DNA of 62,956 nt, filler included, from Octopus bimaculoides (Eukaryota): NCBI RefSeq assembly GCF_001194135.2. It is 4 parts of 4 records of this genome, joined end to end, with 100 filler letters (N's around TTAATTAATTAA, not from the genome) between each part and the next. Parts side by side here need not be neighbours in the genome. Positions count along the whole stretch, not along the records: positions 31,556 to 51,130 come from NC_068983.1; positions 51,231 to 54,310 come from NC_068988.1; positions 54,411 to 62,956 come from NC_068989.1; 1 more part is not named here. The stretch is one strand, 5' to 3'. The notes under the pieces were generated by a model that was not told the origin of the DNA, searched no databases, and saw only the letters and a program-made list of their open reading frames with translations. Below, in pieces: positions 49,690-62,230 of this stretch. How positions within the stretch are numbered: the first letter of the stretch is position 1; each line of letters begins with the position of its first letter. The position numbers and the translations under genes were made by a program.

Positions 49690-49900
49690 TGAAGTCCGCT
49701 GAAGTCCCTGAGATGCGCCTCCTCTCTCACTGCCTCTTCAGGACCTCTTCATATCACCTACATTTTTAGCTAACACGACACTGCGTTGAACAAATCACGT
49801 GGGGACCAGCACTCGCGTGAACTACTATAGATAGGTGATTCCAGCATTGTTGGTCATACGCTCAGAAAGGCCACCACAAAGACTATCCTACGGAGCTAAA
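49690..49900 (+). mobile_element. Possible decayed RTE LINE C-terminal fragment
   Basis: EVPEMRL and IVGHTLRK..TKTILR resemble the RTE EMR.LR and FGHV.R...KTILQG motifs. Confidence 0.35.
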
Positions 49901-50579
49901 CTCGGAAAGTCTTTACAATTGAACATGGTTGTCGTTATATAGTGCAATCATTTTAGTAAAAAGCATATTCTTTCATCTTATAAAACTGGTACTTGTATGG
50001 CGTATAATACAAATGTTTAAATACTAAATGATTTTCAAATGGAGATGGCAATGAATATATTATAAAGATATAAAGGCAAAATTGCGAAAAATTGTAAAAT
50101 ATAAATATAAAAGTGATATATTTAAATGATAAGTGTACTTCTGAAAGACGATGGTGCTTGTATATATGCAAAAAAAAAAAATATATATACACACATGCAT
50201 ATATACACACATGCATATATACACACTTATCCAACCCGCCGCATATATGTATATGCATGTGTGCGTGATGTGTGTAAGTATAAACACACACATCCTTCAT
50301 ATACATTCATACTTATATTGTGTATGAATGTATGTGCGTATATATATATATATATATATATATGTACGTACACGAGTAGCATAAATGTCTTGGTCATTGC
50401 ATCTCCGATTTAGTTACGTAATGTAATAAAGACATCAATCTTTTACATATCTCTCATATATATATATATGCCTGGATATACGTATGTATACGTATATCCA
50501 TATATCTATTATCGTGTATGTGTGTGTGTTTGTGTGTGTGCGTGTGTGTGTAAATACAAACATACCCACACGCGCACAC

Positions 50580-50649
<70 letters not shown>

Positions 50650-51056
50650 TCATCCATCTATCTATCTATATATACAGAAGTACGTATACGAAGGGACACA
50701 CAGGCACATATAAATATATGCATGAATAGTGTATTATAATAACAATGTTACAACATACATAATAATTTCCGGCGGCAGTTGCCACTTTATAAATATTTTC
50801 ACAATCTTCGTTTTCAGTATTAGAATTGATGCCCGGCGAATGGAAACGTGTGTGCATATAGAAATTGAGTTATGCAGTCATTTATGGAGAAATTGAATTT
50901 AGTAATATATTAATTCAATAACTAGATTCTTACCATCCTCAACTCTCTGAATTTAGAAACAAACATACCGAGACCTCTGACGCAACAGCACACTTACAAG
51001 TACGCTGATTCGCACATCATACATACATATATATATTCATACACACACATGCAAAT

Positions 51057-51091
<35 letters not shown>

Positions 51092-51899
51092 CACATATAT
51101 ATGTACAAATATATATATATATATATATATNNNNNNNNNNNNNNNNNNNNNNNNNNNNNNNNNNNNNNNNNNNNTTAATTAATTAANNNNNNNNNNNNNN
51201 NNNNNNNNNNNNNNNNNNNNNNNNNNNNNNTATATATATATATATATATATATATTGCTCAAATTTACAGAAGACAAAAGACGATGACAGGTGAAGGAAC
51301 AACAGTCAGGTGTATTGGTTTAACGCTCGGGAAGTATGGAAAAGTTTTTGACATTTCGGGCCTATGCTCTTATACAGAGAGCACTGTAAGAGTAAAAATT
51401 GGATGGGGGACGAAAAAACAACGGATATGTATATGAGTGTTTGTGTGTGTTTATTTATATACCCACACACACACACAAAATATACAATGTGTGTGTGTGT
51501 GTGTGTGCGCGCGCGCGCCATGTGCGTGGCAATGAAAACACGATTGTGTTATAATTTTAGCTTTTTATCAAGATTTCATTTTATAAAATAAACGCAGATA
51601 ACAGATAAGATGCTGCAGTCACAAATAAAAGTAAAAATATCTGTTCAATGACATGAATCTGATAGAGAACATTCAAATACCGGCGGTAATATCTACACCA
51701 ACAACATTAGCCCTGTCTACTATAAAGAAATAACTACTTATGCTAACATTACTCCAGTTATAAAAGTCAAGGAATGTTGCTCATGGATTTAGGAACTTCA
51801 CGAAAACACAAGATAAGAAAAATAGAAAGACGCCCTAGTAAATAAGGTAAAAGTAGAACGCTCTCGTGTGTCAAATGGACCACCGACGTTTGGCGAAGA

Positions 51900-52045
51900 G
51901 AGTTCGGGTGTTCCATCAGCTGAATTATCTACTCCTGAATTTTACTGTCAATGAGCATTCCACAGACACGTGTGTTCACACGCATCGTTCAAGCAGAATC
52001 AGCGTGAGACAGAATGTGAGAAAATTATGCCTTTTGAATTTTAGA
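51900..52045 (-). mobile_element. Old diverged family B 3' half
   Basis: The minus strand has tgtctcacgctgattc..acacgtgtctgtggaatgctc, colinear with family B. Confidence 0.6.
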
Positions 52046-52104
52046 TGCAGTCCGTTCAACGGGCTCCGATACAATTTCCTTCTATACAGAGCACAAATAA
52101 TAAT

Positions 52105-52181
<77 letters not shown>

Positions 52182-52184
52182 CAA

Positions 52185-52316
52185 TCCTTTCTACTGAAGG
52201 CACAAGGCCTGAAATCTGAGGAAGGGGAGAGTCGATTACATCGACCCTGCTGTTTCACTGGAACTTAATTTATCGATTTCGAAAGGATGGAAGGTAAAGT
52301 CTACTTCGGCCGATTT
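52185..52316 (-). mobile_element. SINE family C, 3' part, next to a (TAA)n tract (about 52098-52180)
   Basis: gtcgattacatcgaccc..aaaggatggaaggtaaagtc. Confidence 0.75.
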
Positions 52317-53448
52317 NNNNNNNNNNNNNNNNNNNNNNNNNNNNNNNNNNNNNNNNNNNNNNNNNNNNNNNNNNNNNNNNNNNNNNNNNNNNNNNNNNNN
52401 NNNNNNNNNNNNNNNNNNNNNNNNNNNNNNNNNNNNNNNNNNNNNNNNNNNNNNNNNNNNNNNNNNNNNNNNNNNNNNNNNNNNNNNNNNNNNNNNNNNN
52501 NNNNNNNNNNNNNNNNNNNNNNNNNNNNNNNNNNNNNNNNNNNNNNNNNNNNNNNNNNNNNNNNNNNNNNNNNNNNNNNNNNNNNNNNNNNNNNNNNNNN
52601 NNNNNNNNNNNNNNNNNNNNNNNNNNNNNNNNNNNNNNNNNNNNNNNNNNNNNNNNNNNNNNNNNNNNNNNNNNNNNNNNNNNNNNNNNNNNNNNNNNNN
52701 NNNNNNNNNNNNNNNNNNNNNNNNNNNNNNNNNNNNNNNNNNNNNNNNNNNNNNNNNNNNNNNNNNNNNNNNNNNNNNNNNNNNNNNNNNNNNNNNNNNN
52801 NNNNNNNNNNNNNNNNNNNNNNNNNNNNNNNNNNNNNNNNNNNNNNNNNNNNNNNNNNNNNNNNNNNNNNNNNNNNNNNNNNNNNNNNGGTGGGGTGGGG
52901 TGGGGTAGGGGGTAGGGTTAGGGTGGATTAATATTTTTAAATGCCGAATTTTTTGCAAATCCGGAATCTCCGCATTTGAAAAAGTGGGTTTCTGTAGACC
53001 CCCTGCTCCAACCAAAAAAACCCCGAAAGGAGGTGCGGTCCGTGTCCTTTACCTCCGCCTAGTTTCGAGCTATTGTAAAAGACAATTGCTCAAGGTACCA
53101 CGTGGTGCGACTCCACCGGAATGCACAAAGCCGCAAAGCGTGTTTCCGAAACCATTTGGCCATGCCTGCACTTGAAAGCATAGTTATAAAAGAAAAAAAA
53201 TAATTGGTTTCTCTGGTACGTAACACTGAAAATCTTGAAGACTGTTTTAAAATTACCATAAGAATGTCTTCAGTTTTAACTAAATTATATTCGGCAGAAG
53301 GTTATGAATAATCTCTGTTCATGTAAGAAATTGCATCGTCACACAAGGGAAGTAACTGAAGTATTATTAGACACAGTTGTTTCCCTTACATAGTTGAATT
53401 AATGTTTTGCATCACATACACACATATATACACATGGGGGCGTGCGCT

Positions 53449-53495
<47 letters not shown>

Positions 53496-53944
53496 ACATA
53501 TACACGCATATTTACACACACAGGCGTGTATGCATGCATACATAAATGTGCTGAGTGTGACGTTAAACTGCATCCTGTTCAGAAGTTGTGAAGTTGTGAA
53601 GAGCATAGAGTTACCCCTTAAATACCATTATTCTTTGGCCCGTTCAAACACGGAACGGTGGTACCTGCCAAACCCAGTCTATGGGTTAAATATATTTTCC
53701 AGGGGTAGAGAAGGCTCCTGTTATTTTTGACAAAGCTGGGCTGAAGACTCTGACATTAAAAAACAAAAAAAAAGACTTGCTGTCAAAATAGCAACATTCA
53801 TCTTGCAATGCTTGTCATTGGAAACTAGTATGGCAACTGATAGAGTAACAAAAGTGTTATACAAGCTTTTCTCAGACGTCTATCATCTGACAAGATGACG
53901 CCATCATCACCATCATCATCAGCAGCACCAATATATATACATAT

Positions 53945-54310
53945 ACTCTTTTACTCTTTTATTTGTTTCAGTGATTTGAGTGCGGCCACGCTGGAGCACC
54001 GCCTCTAGTCGAGCATATCGACCCCAGGACTTATTTTTTGTAAGCCTAGTACTTATTCTATCGGTCTCTTTTGCTGAACCGCTAAGTTACGGGGACGTAA
54101 ACACAATAGCATCGGTTGTCAAGTGATGTTGGGGGGACGAACACACACACACACATATATATATATACATATACATATATACGACAGGCTTCTTTCAGTT
54201 TCCGTCTACCAAACCCACTCACAAGGCTTTGGTCGGCCCGAGGCTATAGTAGAAGACACTTGCCCAAAGTGCCATGCAGTGGGACTGAACCCGGAACCAT
54301 GTGGTTGGTA
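53945..54310 (-). mobile_element. SINE family A
   Basis: Near-identical to 16750 and 35965; truncated by a gap. Confidence 0.9.
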
Positions 54311-54410
54311 NNNNNNNNNNNNNNNNNNNNNNNNNNNNNNNNNNNNNNNNNNNNTTAATTAATTAANNNNNNNNNNNNNNNNNNNNNNNNNNNNNNNNNN
54401 NNNNNNNNNN

Positions 54411-54593
54411 ATTTGTAAGTCCTGCTATTTTTGTTATGTATTTGTCTGAATATTTTTTTATTATACCTAAGGCACCTACTATGATAGGAATTGTTTCTGT
54501 TTTTAGATTCCACATTCGAGTTATCTCTATTTCCAGGTCTTTGTATTTTGAAAGTTTTTCCATTTCTTTTAGAGAAACGTTGTCATCTGCTGG
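54411..54593 (-). mobile_element. Second 5'-truncated R4/Dong-clade fragment, joined to a (TAA)n/(TAACGA) tract
   Basis: PADDNVSLKEMEKLSKYKDLEIEITRMWNLKTETIPIIVGALG. The upstream flank is the (TTA/TCG)n tract at 54594-54795; the 3' end is lost in a gap. Confidence 0.88.
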
Positions 54594-54795
54594 TTATTAT
54601 TATCGTTATTATTATTATCATTATTATTATTATTATCGTTATTATTATTATCGTTATTATTATCATTATTATTATTATTATCATTATTATTATCGTTATT
54701 ATTATCATTATTATTATTATTATCGTTATTATTATTATCATTATTATCGTTATTATTATTATTATTATCGTTATTATTATTATTATTATCATTAT

Positions 54796-54998
54796 TAAGG
54801 CAGTGATCTGGCAGAATCCTTAGCCAGACAAAATGTTTAGCATTATTTCTTTCAGCTCTTCACATTATGAGTTCAAATTCCACCGAAGTCAACTCTGCCT
54901 TTCATCTTTTTAAAGTACCAGTCAAGTACTGGAGTCAATGTAATCAACTTGCCCCCCTCCCCCGAAATTGCTGGCCTCGTACCAAAATTTGAAATCAT
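54796..54998 (+). mobile_element. SINE family C
   Basis: aaggcagtgatctggcagaatcc..gagttcaaattccaccgaagtcaactctgcctttcatc..aaattgctggcctcgtaccaaaatt. Confidence 0.8.
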
Positions 54999-55468
54999 TA
55001 TTATTATTATTTAATGAGAAAAATAATAATCAATATACAGCCTCAGCTTATCTTAGTTAATGTCCATTAGAAAAAAAAATGTAGGTAGAGAGGTTCCAGA
55101 GAGCCCTATTTTTGGAATGGATTAGATTTAGTTGGGGATTCATCAAGTAAGACACAACATGAAGAGAGGCAAGAGTATTTGAGTAATCTTGATAATGGTG
55201 ATATTCAGCTTGTTAGCTGAACAGAGCAGAAGTCATTGTAGTAGGTGTGGAAGAGAAAGGGAGAGAAAAATGCCCTCTAAGGTCTAGAGCAGCAGTCCCC
55301 AAAATACCAGCCCCAACCTCCCAGTAATAGTGATACTTTTTATTAACGAGAAGACCTAATATACATTTTATCTATATAATTCTTCTTCTTCATTGTGTTG
55401 GACAAGTTTAAAACCATCTTAATTTATCAAATATAGCAATTTCCCTGCCATCTTTTCCATCTTCACAG

Positions 55469-55542
55469 GCTCCACTGCAGTGGGTGGGGTACCTTTACTT
55501 CCTCCCCATTACGAGAAACACCGATCTAGAGATTGCATGTTG
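55469..55542 (+). other. Candidate 74-nt plus-strand internal exon
   Basis: ttccctgccatcttttccatcttcacag|GCTCCACT...GCATGTTG|gtaagt, with strong acceptor and donor in unique sequence. Two frames are open (GSTAVGGVPLLPPHYEKHRSRDCML or APLQWVGYLYFLPITRNTDLEIAC). I do not recognise either peptide. Confidence 0.45.
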
Positions 55543-57467
55543 GTAAGTAAATATTTGCCAGTATGGTGGTGGATGACCTTAATTTAGTTGAGATCTCAAA
55601 AGAGATTGTGAATGTATAGGCAACAGCCCCTTCTCAGATAACTGTGGGTTACATATCAGCTATGCAAAGGGTCACCAACTTATTAAGTTGTTAGAGCTTC
55701 TATTATAGTAACCCAAGTTGTGGGTGCCCTGAGCACTAGCATAAAAGAGTTGGCCTTTAAATAAAGACCTCCTCAATACCAGACACTGGAGTAAAGTAAG
55801 ATGAGGAGAATCTAAACTATCAAAATAGAAAGATGAAGTAAAATACAAAATAAATAAAAAAAACCTCCCTCCATGGATATGTTGGGATTGTTTTAAATGT
55901 AGGAAGGAGGTAATGAGGTACATTGTCTTATCGGAAGTTACCATAGGAAATGGGTTGCACTACAAGACTATCTTGAAAGAAGCTTACCCTCAAACCCAAC
56001 CTATTCTATCACAGTGACGACACCCAACAGCGTCTTATGACAGCTTTTGACCTTGTAATGCGACTTGCTTCAGAAGGAAAATTATTTTGTTCAAGTAATC
56101 TTCCTGGCTCCATTTTAGCTTTCTTCAGAGTAAAAACAGCTGCTAATCATTTCATAAAACCCCGCAATACATATCATACAGTATATTTTACACATGGTAG
56201 ATTGTGCTGTTTCTGCATACACACAGCTAGATCACATCTAAAGTCATCTGACTGCCAAGATTCTCCCACACACACTCCAAAGGCACTGGCCTACAATCAA
56301 GATGTTCCTCTCTTGTCTTTGCAGATACTAATACATCCCTGTCTCCTTTAAATTAACCAACACACACCAATTATTGACCCACTGTCAAAGTGTGTCCTAA
56401 CTTGGTCTTTTTCACTGCCCTCTAATGACCTCTGTTCCTTTGAACCTAACAACACTACACCTCACCCTACCTAAGCCCATGTAATGTACTTTTTCATTCC
56501 TCCTTACTTCACCACAGTTATTCATCTTCAAGAGGGCACCTCTTAACTAAGGGCATTGACCTTTCCTGTTCAAGACAGTCTCAAAAAAAGACAAAGTGGT
56601 CACAGCTCAAACAAGTTCAATCACAGGACTGCTTGTGGGTTGGACTGTAGTACAAAACAAAATTAATACCCTTACTAAATACACTGAACAATCTATACTC
56701 TACAAAAGTGCATTCTTCTGAAGCTCTTTTCAATATTTATTGTCCCCAAAACACATGTGACCCTTCGAATATTCTAAATTACACACAACCTTTTCTCAAT
56801 GCCCCACACTTATTCAATCCATTTCAATATTTTGTTATAGCTATTCCGCAATATTAGTAGCAGTGCATTGCACAATCAAGAGATTATTTCACAGTATTTA
56901 CGAACATTCCTTTACATTCTGCATTCAAATCTTGCTGGGGGTTGATCAAATATAGAACTGGCCAAATACTGTACCTTGCCACAAAAATGTGTGGCCTTAT
57001 GCCAATGTTAAAAATAAAATATATCTATAATATTAGACATATTATAGATATCTTTTGCATACAGCTTAATGTACAACTGCCACTGGCAAGTTTAACTCTT
57101 TCAATACCATCCTGGTTGAAACCACCTCTGGCTCTGTAATACAAATGTCTTGTTTTCATAAGTTTTGAATGAAAATCTTCCACAGTCACAATTTATGTTC
57201 CTAACACTAGCTTAATGATGACTAAGTTATTTTACTAAATTCTTTGTTATATTTAAAATTAATTGAAAGAAACATAGAGCATCTCAAAATAAATGCAGTA
57301 ATGAAAATGTTAGAGCTCAACATAGAGTATCATCATCCAGTCTACCTTCAGTCAAGGGGTATGATTATTACTGCACTGCAGAGGTTGCAAATAACCACAA
57401 TGGTGAAACGTTTGTAGGGAACAAACAAGATAAACTTGTGTACATCATAATTTCTCACTCACTCACA

Positions 57468-57544
<77 letters not shown>

Positions 57545-59467
57545 TGTGATTACATTGAGAGATTATATTGAGAGAAATATAAAGAAGAAAATTGTCAATA
57601 AGATCCAAAAAAACATCCATTACAGTTCTTTAGCCATAAGCTAACCAACCCTGTTTCAGTAGAGCCATCATCATATGAAGCCCAGCCATAACCACCTTCA
57701 GTTACTATATCCAATGCATCCATTTTTGTTGTTGCTTAGTTCTGATCCAGAATGAATTACAGCTGTGACAGTAGGCTGTTATTTCAGAGAGGCTTGGCTG
57801 TTATTTTTGCAGGTTGAGTGACTATGTAAAGGCTCCCTGGTAACAAGTTGTAATAACAGGTGTTCGTTGACACATGACATCAACACCACCCAGTGGAACC
57901 ATAGTGACTGCTACTTAACAAAGCATCAAAGCAAGGTTGGTGGTACTCAGTAACACCAGGGGCAGATGAGTCAGGATGGCGGGTGAAAAATAATCCATTA
58001 AGGGGTGGTAGATCAACGAGGGCAGGCAGTACGCTAATGAGGACATTGACTGAAAAATTCCCAGCAAACATCTGTTTATTTGAAGAAGCCAATCATATTC
58101 ACCAACGACTTTTCCAAACACCCAACTACACCAGCACCACATCTCACACACAGCCTAGTTGCACCAACCACCATTATATACCAAACCATCAACCACTGAA
58201 AGATCATCTCCAATATAAGCTATATGGTTTATTAGATTTACCAAGGAGCATTTCTATCTGGTGTGAGGTAGGGGATGATGTAGACATAATATATTAATAG
58301 TTATATATAGACATATTTACATCAATATTCTAACTTCACACATTTTCTTGCATATGCAAGAAAGCACAAACATATTTTCATGCATGTGTGTTTGTAGCCT
58401 GTGTGAATCCAAACAATAGCCACAGAGTGGAAACGATAAGGTTAAACACACCAACTCCTATAAATTTCTTCATACAAACATATATACAAACGCATGCACA
58501 GTATTTTAGAACGTGGATAAAGATGATTCAGAGGTAAATCCGAGACTATCAGAAGTGGATCTTCTTCAATAACTCTATAAAGAGTAGAGAATGGTTTTTC
58601 CTTGATAGAATAAGCTGAACACTATCAATCACTATCTAATTATCGATCACTATTTAATCTCTGATAGTAGCAAGTAATGAGGTAATGCAATAAAGGCGAT
58701 CAAAAAATATTTTAGTAAACATGGTACTTGTTTTGTTGATGAAAGACGAACCTTATGTTAAGACAAAATTATAATATGAATCTTAGCAAACATGCTACAT
58801 CAGCATCATCATATAACATCTGTTTTCCATATTGGCATGGGTTGGCTGGTTTAACAGGAGCTGGCAAGCCAGAGGGCTGTACCAAACTCCACTGTCAGAT
58901 TTGGCAAGGTTTTTATGCCCTCCCTAACACCTGAAAGATACCATCAGTGTTAATTTCTTTATTTCGTTTAAGATATTCACACTTAGCCCCACAGGAAAGA
59001 AATCAAACATTCTATTCAGTTGTAAAATAACATAGTATATATATATAGTACAGACTGGTAACAATATACAATAAGTATAGTCAAAGTATCAACAGATGAC
59101 AATAACAGTGTCTAGTCAGAGTATAGAAGGGTGGTGGTGATGATATACTATCTAAGGACATTCCCTGCATGGAAACCAAACAGTGAAGTCCGTGTTAATA
59201 TACATAGCATAGTGAACCAACACATTTTAATTCAAATTACACAATAAGGAGAAAGAATTATCTTCATGATTGATTTTCATCATTAAAGGTAGTGAAAACA
59301 ACATTGGAATTTTAATTAAAAATTCATTTGAAACAGAATGTGGGCAATGCTCTGTGAAGTGAGTCAGATCTTGGCAGTACAGTGACAACTCCAGATGTTT
59401 CAGCCTTATTGGACCTCTTCTGCAAAACAGAAACTATCAGTGTCACCAGATAAAGATCAATTTAGAA

Positions 59468-59801
59468 TGAATGTATGTATGCATGTATGTTGTCAGCTCC
59501 AGCTCGTATCTGAGCATTGGGTTCGTCAGTTTCTATCCAGTCTCTTCAGCTGATGTTTGTGCCAAATGTGACTCTGGAGTCCAAGTCGGTGGCAAAAGAG
59601 TCATAGGCAAAATTCGCACAGGATGGTTGGTGCAGGTCAAGGATGTTGAAGACGCTCCTTTCTTCTCCTGCATTTTACCTCCACATTCTGTTGTCTGCTC
59701 TGCTCAAAGGAACTGGCTCCATTGTGGATAGCAGTCCTCCAGGCTGTCCTATCCATGGCAATCTATTCCCATGAGGATGGCTGGATGCATGTATTTAGGT
59801 T
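59468..59801 (-). mobile_element. 5'-truncated RTE-clade LINE tail with C-terminal zinc-finger-like motif
   Basis: The minus frame reads IQPSSWE*IAMDRTAWRTAIHNGASSFEQSR...KCRRRKER..*PAPTILCEFCL*LFCHRLGLQSHIWHKH..* (stop at 59528-59526), then a short UTR and a (CATA)n tail. Two internal stops are TGA, consistent with CGA decay. Confidence 0.88.
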
Positions 59802-59814
59802 TGTATAAATGTAT

Positions 59815-60152
59815 ATCGTTACCAGCGTCGCCTTACTGGCACGTTAGAAAATCATTCGAGCGAGGTCGTTGCCAGTGCCGCTGGACTGGCTCCTGTGCAG
59901 GTGGCACATAAAAAACACCATTTTGAGCGTGGCCGTTGCCAGTACCGTGTGACTGGCCCTCGTGCCAGTGGCACGTAAAAGCACCCACTACACTCTTGGA
60001 GTGGTTGGTGTTAGGAAGGGCATCCAGCTGTAGAAACTCTGCCAGATCAGATTGGAGCCTGGTGCAGCCATCTGGTTCACCAGTCCACAGTTAAATCATC
60101 CAACCCATGCTAGCATGGAAAGCGGACATTAAACAATGATGATGATGATGAT
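59815..60152 (+). mobile_element. Family D retroposon, longest copy
   Basis: atcgttaccagcgtcgcc ... ggaaagcggacattaaacaatgatgatg. Confidence 0.88.
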
Positions 60153-60867
60153 GGTGTATGTACGTTTGCATGTACATTTTTGTGTATGAATAAAAACATT
60201 GAGGGCTTGATAACTTGAACTAAATACTAGGGGTGGGACGTTCACATTAGCTTCACAAAATTGCTGAATACAGATACAGTGGTAATAAAGCTGAGGTGCT
60301 GAACTATTTATTGAATACGAACCAGAGTTCAAACCTTGCTATAGCCATTCTATTTTGCTACAAACCCTCACACCAGACTTTCCTTATCCCCTATCTTTCT
60401 CTCTAGTTGACTGTAAAATAAGTGTCACTCCCTACATCACAGTTGAAGGTTTAGGCAATAGAAAGAGGCAGACACCCAGCTGTGAAAACAATTGCTCCAT
60501 ATAATTCATGTGCAAATATCAAAATTGACAAAAACATAAAACTAAATAGATATAAAACAAACCAACAAACTAACCCTCCTCCATCCTGCCTTGCTGCTGA
60601 CACCCCTACCTACTCAGTCCACACAACAAAATAGGATGTTAAACAGTTTTAAAATACATCTTTCTCTGGCTGACATCATTTGAAGGAGGCAGAGGGTGTT
60701 ATTTAATTATTAGCATCTTTTTCTTTACCTATATACACTGAAATAAGTTTACAACACCCGATGATAATTTAGGCTATCTATGAGAGCAAGGGCAGAGGGT
60801 AGGAAAGGGACAGTGGTAAAGAGAAGGACCAAAAAAATGTGAAGGGAGCTGCTAGAAATTTCTAACA

Positions 60868-60959
<92 letters not shown>

Positions 60960-61964
60960 AAGAATCACATGGTTACTGTCAGAAATAACTTGAGACGTCA
61001 AAGAATTGCTCTCTGGAACACAATACAAACATCCAACCACCCACAACTAGAAACATCACAGATGGTTTGTTAGAAAATTCTAGCGAACTTTCAGAAAGAA
61101 AAATGCAGGCTGTATCATAAAGTTATTGTTTAGGCCTAAGTCAACCATGATCCAACAAGCCTATATTACCAAAGACATTCCAGTCATGACCATCCTGCTT
61201 TTTTGTACATCAGGGATTACATTGTTCAATATTGCCGTCCTTTTAGAATATGATTTGAAAGCGATTTGGTTGCTATTGCTAGGAAATCAACCAACCATGA
61301 GGAGGCTGTCTCGCTAACTCACGCTTTATCATCAGTAAATTGAAAGAATCAATAAAGAAATCGATTAAATGCCTTGTGATAACGGTAAATTCCTTTTTGT
61401 TTTGAGTTCAAATCCAACTGGGAGTGACAATGCCTTTCATCCTTGGCAGATTGATAAAATAAGTACCAATCAAATATTGCGGTTGTTTTAATTAACATAA
61501 TCGTCACCATATATCAACTTAATAATATTTTGATACATTCTCATTCTGATGACATTGATTACCCCTTTCATCCTTCCAGGATTGATAAAATACTAATTAA
61601 GAACTGAGGTTATTAAACCACACAAACATGTGCGACCTTGTGCTCACATTATATAGTTTATTGAGTGGCACAATCAGGAGAGTTCCCTAACCCCACAGGA
61701 CAAAAAGCTCCATAGTATTTTAGATAAGGTTCTTTAGATTCTGAGTCCAAATCAGACCAAGGTCAACTTTACTTTTCCCCATTTCAGAGATGGAGGTCAA
61801 TAAAATCAGTAGCCTTCAATAGGAAAAACTGACAATACCCTTCTCTGTCCCACAAAGTATTTGTGACCATATGTTAGGTCAGCAATTATCATCATCAACA
61901 TTATCAAGAAAGACCAACTTGTTTTCTATGAAGGAAAAGGTTTCACTGAGATAAGAAGAGAAGT

Positions 61965-62230
61965 GACTGATGTTTAGCCCCATATTAGCCCTGCACCAGC
62001 AGGTCAATGATCAAAGATGTTATTTAGCCCTTCATCAGCCATAAAAGAGCAAACCCATGATCAAAGTCTGTTTGTTAACCCATATCAGCAGGCCTTCGTT
62101 ATTTAGCCCTACATCAGCCCTGGTCTAGCAGGTATAAAGCTTTGCTGTGTAACCCAATGTTAACCATGGGTCAACAAGTTTATGATCAAAGTTGTTCTTG
62201 TCTAGCGCTATGTCAGCCCAGATCTGCCGA
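61965..62230 (-). repeat. Degenerate tandem array of ~45-bp family E tail units
   Basis: Recurrent tttagccc..atcagccc...atgatcaaag units, which are the reverse complement of the ...gctgacctggggctaaac tail at 2690-2705. Confidence 0.6.

Noticed and set aside
52889-52925. G-rich run containing one TTAGGG
   Set aside because: A single telomeric hexamer beside a gap is not an interstitial telomere array.
317-53015. Long ORFs in the track containing X runs (e.g. 317-1546, 4014-5117, 9356-10453, 19329-20132, 38673-39413, 52236-53015)
   Set aside because: Their length comes from translating N gaps; the flanks are microsatellite.
31500-54366. TTAATTAATTAA occurring three times between N runs
   Set aside because: This is a scaffolding linker with stops in six frames, not biological sequence.
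5358-57644. Many YIYI, HTHT, CVCV, MYVC, LSLS, poly-I and poly-Y ORFs
   Set aside because: These are translations of (TA)n, (CA)n, (TATG)n, (GA)n and (TAA)n repeats with no coding signal.
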